Below, piece by piece: positions 1 to 6,882 of a stretch of 6,909 nucleotides of DNA (position 1 is its first letter; the number at the start of each line of letters is the position of its first letter). Position numbers and translations under genes: made by a program. The notes under the pieces were generated by a model that did no database searches, was not told the DNA's origin, and worked only from the letters and a program-made list of their open reading frames with translations. The stretch is from positions 1 through 6,909 of the forward strand of contig CAVNZM010000117.1 in NCBI GenBank assembly GCA_963693365.1. Reading direction: 5' to 3'. Origin of the DNA: Amoebidium appalachense (lineage: Eukaryota; Protista; Ichthyosporea).

Positions 1-221
1 AGTGCCCGTGTGCGGGCAGCCAACCGGCTAACTGCTAAAACATGAAACGAAGCCTGTTGATATCGGACACCCATCCTACGTGTTTACCCAGAAAAATATT
101 TATGTCAATAATTTCCACAAATAAAACCTAAACATGTGAAAAAGAAAGCATGCACACTCCAACGCAACATTATTATCATAACCATCATGATATCCATATG
201 TCATGACAAGCGTCAATCGCA

Positions 222-486
222 TCAGGATGGCACGTGCATAGCAACGTCAAGCGAATATAAACTGCACTTCAGGATGGCATGACCAGTGGCATGCGTCAAG
301 CGAATATAACATGCGCGCGAGGATGGCTTGACCAATGGCATGCGTCAAGCGAATTTAATATGCGCTTCAGGATGGCATGACCAATGGCATGCGTCAAGCG
401 AATTTAATATGCGCTTCAGGATGGCATGAGCATGGCATGCGGCAAGCGAATATAAACTGCACTTCAGGATGGCTGTGACCAGTGGG
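222..486. repeat. Tandem minisatellite, unit about 49 bp, about 5.4 copies (consensus AGGATGGCATGACCAATGGCATGCGTCAAGCGAATWTAAYATGCGCTTC)
   Basis: AGGATGGC starts at 224, 271, 320, 369, 418 and 466 (periods 47, 49, 49, 49, 48). Copies 320-368 and 369-417 differ at a single base. Confidence 0.95.
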
Positions 487-599
487 ATGGTGCCTTCTGG
501 TGCAAAGAAGCCCATGCGGTCCTTGCGGATGTTGGCGTCGCGGGTGATGTTGATGGGCAGACATCAGCAATCTTGCCGAAACATCCGGAACCCATAAAA

Positions 600-1555
600 G
601 ATACATTAAAGATATCCATATACTCAAACCCATCCTGAACATAACCCTACATCCAGTTCATGGGTTTAAGATATGTAAATATAAATGGATATTAATCTTG
701 GATATCTACGGCTAATATGTATATAGATATCTGTTAAAACCCTGATATCCATTGGATAACTACTGTTAGGGATCCACTAGATATCCACGGGAAACGTGAT
801 ATCCAGTGGATATCGAACACTAGATATGCAAATACACATGCACAACATATATACTGGATATGCAACGAAGGTATCCAGTGACTGGAAACCTGCCGAAAAC
901 CCTATCCATTATGATACGTAATATATATATATAACATGCATAAAAGGTGCACAATCGAGATCCAATTGATATGCTGTGGGTATCCTAAATCATATGTAAT
1001 TGATACAAAAGAGATGTAATTTGATATGCAATACATATAGGTTGTGCATAGATTTATTACCGAAAATGCGGTTCAATAGATATACAGATAGCTATGTATA
1101 TAGGCATAGAATACCTATATTGACTATATACAGTCAGGTCACCAATAGACCTCATAATAGTTGCCAAGTAGACCAAAGCATAGATATCCAACATGCATCC
1201 CAGTATATATGCACTGGATCAGTAAATGAACCACCGAAAATGGATGTGATAGACGACCAAAAGACACCCTTTAGATATCGGCCCTTGCATATATTATATA
1301 TATAAATAGACATATAGGCAGAAATCCGAACAACGTGTCTGGATATGTATTCTATATCACAGTGATATCTAATACTCATCCGTTGCATGTATATCCTAAG
1401 GACTAATCTAATATATGAGTGATATCCAATCGGATATCATCACTTCCGTGTCTGGATATGCACTAGATATCCAGTTTGATATAATTTAGCAGTCCATTAA
1501 ATATATATCTCGATGAGTAGTCTAATATATAAATAATGCCCAATTGGATATGCAA
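600..1555. repeat. AT-rich degenerate array of self-complementary ~11-bp units (consensus about GATATCCANTG)
   Basis: Many GATATC/GGATAT/ATATCC words, e.g. GATATCCATTGGATA (744), GATATCCAGTGGATATC (798-814), GATATCCAATCGGATATC (1421-1438). GATAT-like words recur at about 968, 980, 991, 1002, 1013, 1023 and 1034. Confidence 0.65.
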
Positions 1556-1849
1556 CCTCCCCCCCCCCCCCCCTCGTTGGGATCTGGCACTTGCTCAACG
1601 ACGGCAGCACAAGTCTTTATGTACACGTCATGCCCCACAGGAGCATGACCAGTTTTATCTAAGTCATGCTCACCAGGAGCATATGACACACAATCCAACA
1701 CTTACTTTTGATTATGAACTATTACAGGGTCCAGTGACCTTCTTGCTTATAAACTACACATGTTCTTTTGTTACTACTATAAGACGTATTAATAAAGAAA
1801 AGAAAAAAACACAAGATCAACTTGAACACACTGGGCACAATCAAAGATA

Positions 1850-1883
<34 letters not shown>

Positions 1884-1888
<5 letters not shown>

Positions 1889-2372
1889 CTTCCTTGCTTT
1901 TTTTGGTTACGGTGGCGCGTTCCTCATCCTCCTCCTCATTGCGCACCCTCTTCTTGCTGCCCTCATCCTCGCTGCCCTCGGCCTCGCTGCCCTCGGCCCC
2001 ATCGCGCTCGCTGGCGTCGCCGTCCCTGTCCCCCTCTTCCTCGCTGACATCAGCGTTCTTCACTTGCTCACGCTCGCTAGTCTCATCCTCGGGCTCGCTG
2101 TTGCTGCCATCTCCGCTGACCTGGCCACCGCTGCCGTTAGCCTCAACTGCATCCTCATCACGGCCGCCGTCGTTGTCAGACCCCGGCTGCAAGGGGGAGA
2201 CGGGGGGCTGCAGTTCTTGCTCGCCTGGGCTGTCATCCTTGTTGGCGTTGCCCCCCTTGCCCACCTCTAAGGCCACCTTGGCCTTGGCGCTTGCAGCCCT
2301 CTTGGCCAACTTCTTGGCCTGGTACTGGTCAGCCTTGAGCCTGATCTTGACCTTCTCCCAGTTCTTGATGTA
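1884..2372 (-). CDS. Terminal exon E of the hypothetical protein: K/A-rich helix, long acidic disordered tail, basic clusters (KKRVR, KKSK), stop TAA
   Basis: Acceptor CCCCCATATACAG|TAC at 2373/2372, phase 0; open frame to TAA at 1886-1884; strong GAG/GAC/AAG/GCC codon use. Confidence 0.82.
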
Positions 2373-2759
2373 CTGTATATGGGGGGTATGTGCAAGCATG
2401 AATGATAAAAGGTTATAGAAATGGGGCGGAGGGAGGAGGGGGCGGTGGGTGGGGGGGGGGGGGGGGGGGGGTAAATGTTAGTACCCAATACGTTTCAAGT
2501 CCAACAGCTATGTAAGAAGGATCAACTGAACACCCATCTAACAATGTGTATACGGCCGGGGTGAAGCAGGCGACAGTTCCCTAAGCAGGATTCTAAACAG
2601 TAAATGTTGAATACAAACTGTTTGCTGACACCTAGTAGGACACAAAAAGTAAACCATTCCACTAAGTCTTGGCAAGTACTGTTCAAAAGTTTACAAGAAG
2701 ATAAGTGCCAATAAAGCATAAAACAACCACTAAAATAAAGGATTACACAGCACACACAC

Positions 2760-2933
2760 CTGCTTGATGGTGGACAGCCTGGCGCCCCCGTTGTAGTCAC
2801 CACCGACATTATAGTTGACGTGGGCCCATTGGATGGGGGTAGACAGGCACTTGTGAGCGTTGGGGTCCTTCAGCAACGACTCCAGGCAGAAAACGACCAT
2901 GCTAAAAAACTTGGGGTATTTCTCAGCAATGTC
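2760..2933 (-). CDS. Exon D of the hypothetical protein (DIAEKYP...LSTIKQ, 58 codons)
   Basis: Acceptor ACACAACAG|GAC at 2934/2933, donor CAG|GTGTGT at 2760/2759; 174 nt, phase 0-0. Confidence 0.8.
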
Positions 2934-2934
2934 C

Positions 2935-2985
2935 TGTTGTGTGTGTGATGGCAGCGTTTGTGCCGGTGTGTGTTTGTGTGTGTTG

Positions 2986-3021
<36 letters not shown>

Positions 3022-3071
3022 AGTAGTATGTGTGTGTGTGTGCATGTGTGTGGGGAGGGGGGGGGGGGGGG
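2935..3071. repeat. Imperfect (GT)n microsatellite followed by a G run, at the 3' end of intron 3337..2934
   Basis: Directly visible GTGTGT arrays at 2935-3051 and G15 at 3057-3071. Confidence 0.9.
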
Positions 3072-3282
3072 AGTTAGTGTCAAATAACAGTGTCTCATGA
3101 TGAGGCAAGCGATCGGGAAGAACAGTGGAGGAGGGGGGGGGGGGGGGGGGTCAAGTGAAGGGAAGAGGAAAGGAAAATAAGATAGACAGATAAGAGAGAG
3201 AGACATAGGCAGCGACAAGAGGGGGGAGACAGAGAGAGGCGGGAAAAAAGTCGCCTAATAGCAGTACACAGTACTAGTAGCA

Positions 3283-3328
<46 letters not shown>
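3283..3328. repeat. G46 homopolymer (longest of nine + strand G runs)
   Basis: Directly visible; starts 9 nt inside the donor of intron 3337..2934 on the minus strand. Confidence 0.9.
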
Positions 3329-3337
3329 CTGGCATAC

Positions 3338-3547
3338 CATGGGAGTCAGAGAGCTGATGCGGGTCTTGATCCCCGTGAGCGTGATGCTCTTGAATACACG
3401 GTTGAACCCACGCCATCCGAATGGATGGAAGGTGTCTGGGTCAGCTGAATACTTGCGGCCACATGGATACCCCATCACCACAACCTCGTCGATCAGCTCC
3501 ACCCACTTGGCCTCCCGGTCGTTACGGGAAGTGGCATACTCCATGAT
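3338..3547 (-). CDS. Exon C of the hypothetical protein (IMEYATS...SSLTPM, 70 codons)
   Basis: Branch-like CCCTGAT and TTTTATTGTTTGCAG|ATC acceptor at 3548/3547, donor ATG|GTATGC at 3338/3337; 210 nt, phase 0-0. Confidence 0.85.
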
Positions 3548-3585
3548 CTGCAAACAATAAAAATCAGGGTGTCGTTGAAATCCTC

Positions 3586-3760
3586 CCAAGACGTGTACGA
3601 ACAAATGCTAAACATATTAAACACGTATCCATCGGTTGTCCAACAGATAGGTAAGCATACGTTTGTTATCTCGATAGGGGTGTACACGACATGCAATAGA
3701 TATGTATTATCCAACGAACATGTATGTGAAAGGATATCCAACGGATACCCATTAAACGAC
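3586..3760. repeat. Intronic copy of the 11-bp-period repeat, homologous to 5438-5526
   Basis: GATATCCAACG-GATACCCATTA at 3733-3754; TCGGTTGTCCAACAGATAGGTAAGC (3632-3656) matches 5484-5508 at 22/25. Confidence 0.65.
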
Positions 3761-3922
3761 TACCACAGACCAACGGTTTAGTATTTTCTGTGCATGTGTA
3801 AACCATATTTGCATTAACATTATGGTGTGGATGTGGAAGTGATCGTAAATGTTCTCTTTTTTTGATTTTTAAATTTTTTGGAGGTGATGGGGTGTGTGTT
3901 ATGTTTGAGTGTGTCTGGGAGA

Positions 3923-3952
3923 GGGGGGGGGGGGGGTTGTGTGTGTGCGCGT

Positions 3953-3996
<44 letters not shown>
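3923..3996. repeat. G14 + (GT)n + G30 simple repeat block at the 5' end of intron 4000..3548
   Basis: Directly visible. Confidence 0.9.
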
Positions 3997-3997
<1 letters not shown>

Positions 3998-4000
3998 TAC

Positions 4001-4327
4001 CGATGAGTTGGTGTCAGGCACTGGGTAGTGGACGAAGGCATTGCGTATGTTGCCGTGAACCATGGATCTGACTGTGGTCAGCCCCGTGCGGATGGCCGTA
4101 ACGACCTTCTTGGCGTCTGTACCACGGGTCGCGCTGGCCAACATGCTCGTCCAGTGTTCCTTGCCCCTTGAGCTCAGTACATCATGTGCAGTCGGCATCA
4201 CAGTCTTGATGGCCTCGAGGGTAGCAAGGGCCAGACTAGAATTGTCCAACTCGTTGACAGTGGGGTTGACCAACAGCATCACCTGGTAGACCTGGTGAGA
4301 CTTGGTGAACTGCTTGACGTTGTCATT
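4001..4327 (-). CDS. Exon B of the hypothetical protein (NDNVKQF...VPDTNSS, 109 codons)
   Basis: Acceptor TTTGCCACAG|AAT at 4328/4327, donor TCG|GTATCC at 4001/4000; 327 nt, phase 0-0, open frame, flanked by low-complexity intron sequence. Confidence 0.82.
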
Positions 4328-4353
4328 CTGTGGCAAACATGGGAGAGTGGATG

Positions 4354-4447
4354 GTGTGGGTGTGTGCGTGCGTGTGCGTGCGTGCGTGTTTTTTCTTTTT
4401 TGGGAGGGTGGGTGTTTTGGAAAGGGGGGGGGGGGGGGGGGGGGGGG
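4354..4447. repeat. (GTGC)n/(GT)n microsatellite and G24 run in intron 4724..4328
   Basis: Directly visible: GTGC repeats at about 4364-4388, G run at 4424-4447. Confidence 0.85.
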
Positions 4448-4724
4448 TTAGTTTGAGGTCACACAAACTGGCCATTAAAATACAAACGAAAACAGGAGTA
4501 AAACCTAGTCAAGTTCGAAATTTGAGATGGTTTGATAGTACCAGGGAAAAACAAAGAAAAGAAAAAGGAAAAAAAGACAAAAAAAAAAGGGGAACAAAAT
4601 CAATGGGTGGCAATTAAGGGCAACTGTAATGCGTTTAGGGAAAAGCGAGAGTCTGCAAAAACCATCGAAAGAATATTTACATGAGAGAATAACAATTTCT
4701 TCCCGTCATATTAGGAGTACCTAC

Positions 4725-5198
4725 CAGCCACTTGACGGTCTTGCCAGGGGTCAACTTCTCAAGCACAGGGATGTCGTCGTCATCATCCTCATCCTCGCTA
4801 TCCGACGAAGGGGGGGTACGCTTGCGGCTTCTTTTGGACTTCTTGCGGGGACTAGGAGTCTCATGCTCATTCTCCGCATCGCCCCGATTCATCACCAGAT
4901 GGGCCCTCCGGTGGGATGTTTTCAAACTCAACAAATTTCCCTTCCGGCATGGAATGGCCGGCACCGCGCAGCGCAGCCAGCATCTCATCCCTGCCTGCAG
5001 CGTAGGTAGTCCGCAGCTTGTCCTTCATCGTGGTGGTGGGGTAGCGCGTGCAGACAACCGTAAGGTAGTAGGCCAACCTGATGTCGTCATCCGGAAGAAG
5101 GTACTGCCCGTCGGCATCTTTAGGAAAGTCCTCGTCGGCTCCCCAAGACGACATGAGGCGTTTTGGTTTGTCACCGCTTGCAGGAGACTTGGATGTAT
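4725..5198 (-). CDS. Exon A of a multi-exon hypothetical protein (basic NLS-like PRKKSKRSRKR followed by acidic SDSEDEDDDDD); contains one frameshift in a G4 run at 4882-4885
   Basis: Acceptor CTCACTCCCACTTTTATCCACAG|AT (exon starts 5198, phase 1) and donor CTG|GTAGGT (exon ends 4725, phase 0). ORFs 4867..5343 and 4677..4988 join as ...GPSGDESG/DAENEHETPSPRKK... if one G is removed. Codons are mostly G/C-ending. An alternative start is the internal ATG at 5154. Confidence 0.72.
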
Positions 5199-5289
5199 CT
5201 GTGGATAAAAGTGGGAGTGAGCATGGGTGAAGAAGTAAACTGGAAGGAAGGTTGTGTGGGAAACACCACGTCATATGCAAAGGCATGTG

Positions 5290-5526
5290 TTGGTTGGTCA
5301 ATGGATATGGAAAACATATACACAAAACATCCACACTATACATATAGGTATTAGTCGGGCATCAAATGGATATACAGCATCAATCACAAGTATCAATTCT
5401 ATATGTAATACCTATCCAACAGACATGTGTTTGTTGGCCAACGAACGTGTACAAAATATGTGTTGCATATACACACTGATTAGTCGGTTATCCAACAGAT
5501 ACTTAAGCTGATGTTTTTTATCTCGG
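5290..5526. repeat. Second copy of the 11-bp-period repeat, between the KDM4-like exon and exon A
   Basis: Successive 11-mers CCTATCCAACA, GACATGTGTTT, GTTGGCCAACG, AACGTGTACAA from 5411; same-diagonal similarity to 3586-3674 (offset about 1852). Confidence 0.6.
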
Positions 5527-5738
5527 CAATCTACTAGAACATCGGAAACATGCTTCTGTAACACCCAGAAGGTTATTTCGCACATGCACTTGCAAAACCA
5601 AGGAAAGAAAACTACGTGCACACAACACAACAACATACAGAAAACGAGGCAAGAGAAAAACGTCAGTGTGCTGTTTTCACGCATACAGTATGTGGGAAAC
5701 ACACCAAACAAAAACAAAAGGGATAGAGTTTTTTTTTT

Positions 5739-5743
5739 TTAAA

Positions 5744-5780
<37 letters not shown>

Positions 5781-6756
5781 ACCGATTGCAATGGGGATGT
5801 TTAGCCGTCGAACTGTAGCAAATGCTTTCACTACTCTGTCTACGTCTGGGAGGAAATGTGATCGGCATTCGCAAACATCATACAAGGACAGCTTTTCCAA
5901 CCAACCAAGTGTGGCAGTGTTCACCGCAAGCGCAACGTTCGGCCCGCACTGGAAACCATAGTGCAGGGCTAATGGTGTGGATTGGACTAGGCAGCCCGGG
6001 CGCTGAATGACTATGGTTGGGGCAAGTCCCTTTGACACTAGATACAAGGGTGATAGGGGGAGAAAGCACTTGTGCTGGATGGGGTTGGTACAATTTAAAT
6101 CAGGGAACTCGTTTTTCACAAGTTCATGATATGAGGGTATTGCCAAGGAGCATGTACGAACCACACTTTGAGACCATCCAAAAGAATGCTGGAAGATGAC
6201 AGCGCTCCGTCTTCTATGTGGGCCGCAAAAACCGACAAGAGACTTTTCCCGTGGGTGTTTTATCCGATGTGTTAAGCATTGCATACAAGAAAGCTTCGTT
6301 GATTCCTGGCATTCTTTTCCCATAGTGTTCCTGTCCAATTACCGTGTGGTCCGCAATGATTGTTGGGTCGTAGAGGCGTGCGTCCGTTATTTGAGTTATG
6401 TCTATTTCAGCATGCTCAACATAAAAACCACCTTCCCCTACAATGTTTTTCTCGTAGAAAGACATGATTTCCGTTGCATCCATCCGGGACAGCCCAACTA
6501 CATCTTCCACTGCCCCATCCAACACTTCGTATCCCTCCTTAACCGGCTTTTTCACTAGTTGCCCCCATGTTTCTGAAACAGCCCTAACTGTATGTCTAGT
6601 GACGTTTTTCTGTATAGTGCGCGCAGGAACAAACTTCATGATGTCACCAAAGGGAATGGGCGACGCAAAGTTTGTTAACAAGACTGCCCCCTCCCCTTTC
6701 GCTTCTGCTTCGTGCAAGGCGCTGAGGGCCTGTAAAGCTTTTTCACATAAACCCAT
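5739..6756 (-). CDS. KDM4: Divergent KDM4/JMJD2-family JmjN+JmjC Fe(II)/2-oxoglutarate histone lysine demethylase core, intronless, about 325 aa, interrupted by two 1-nt frameshifts (assembly error or recent pseudogenisation). The 3' end is either the stop at 5739 after a poly-C run or a splice donor after 5783.
   Basis: Manual three-frame reconstruction. Frame 1 from ATG 6756 (context ACCATGG): ...IMSFYEKNIVGEGGFY...MPGINEAFLY (cf. KDM4 ERKYWKNL..PPIY, GVNTPYLY). A short frame absent from the ORF track (about 6240-6119): LSVFAAHIEDGALSSSSILLDGLKVWFVHAP (cf. [26 protein letters not shown]), with HxE at 6220-6212. Frame 3: LVKNEFPDLNCTNPIQHKCFLPLSPLYL...IQRPGCLVQSTPLALHYGFQCGPNVALAVNTATLGWLEKLSLYDVCECR (cf. 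CEAFLRHK...SP...[32 protein letters not shown].RW...LCSCR). The Fe triad and the KDM4-type C/H/CxC zinc site are present. Family comparison is from memory of KDM4A, not a database search. Confidence 0.88.
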
Positions 6757-6848
6757 GGTTGTGTGTGAACATCTTTTTAACAAAGTACGTGATGGTGTGA
6801 GTGCTGTGTGAAAGAATGCTTGCTTAATGAGAAAGGACGCAGAAGTGA

Positions 6849-6882
6849 AACTGACCGGTCGAGGGATATGCGGGGGCTTATA
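6849..6882 (-). promoter_or_regulatory. Pol II core promoter (TATA box + initiator) of the KDM4-like gene
   Basis: Minus strand TATAAG at 6882-6877 and TCAGTT (TCAKTY-type Inr) at 6854-6849. The Inr A (6852) is exactly 30 nt downstream of the first T of the TATA, and the first ATG follows at 6756 in ACCATGG. Confidence 0.65.

Noticed and set aside
3-31. Helitron 3' end (TGCCCG-TGTG-CGGGCA hairpin followed by CTAA)
   Set aside because: The hairpin is real but short, CTAA is followed by C rather than T, and context left of the window is missing; evidence is insufficient.
222-486. CRISPR array
   Set aside because: Whole units are repeated with no unique spacers, there are no cas genes, and the context is eukaryotic.
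394-1850. Short ORFs at 394..642, 1000..1305, 1152..1388 and 1536..1850
   Set aside because: They are translations of repeat or low-complexity DNA with no recognisable motifs or coding-like codon bias.
1851-2418. + strand ORFs 1851..2270 (hydrophobic, membrane-like) and 1894..2418 (Ser/Leu-rich)
   Set aside because: These are antisense shadows of the GAG/GAC-rich acidic exon on the minus strand; no supporting ATG or splice context.
2730-4071. Poly-proline and (HT)n/(CV)n peptides in the ORF track
   Set aside because: These are read-through into intronic C runs and CA microsatellites; GT donors or AG acceptors separate them from the exons.
4629-5208. + strand ORFs 4629..5009 and 4732..5208
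   Set aside because: Antisense shadows of exon A; the splice signals and codon bias are on the minus strand.
6243-6286. A 44-nt GTATGC...AAAAG mini-intron as the explanation for the first JmjC frameshift
   Set aside because: It restores the frame but deletes the conserved FLY tyrosine and leaves the segment about 4 residues shorter than in KDM4. It also lacks a pyrimidine tract and is far smaller than the other introns.
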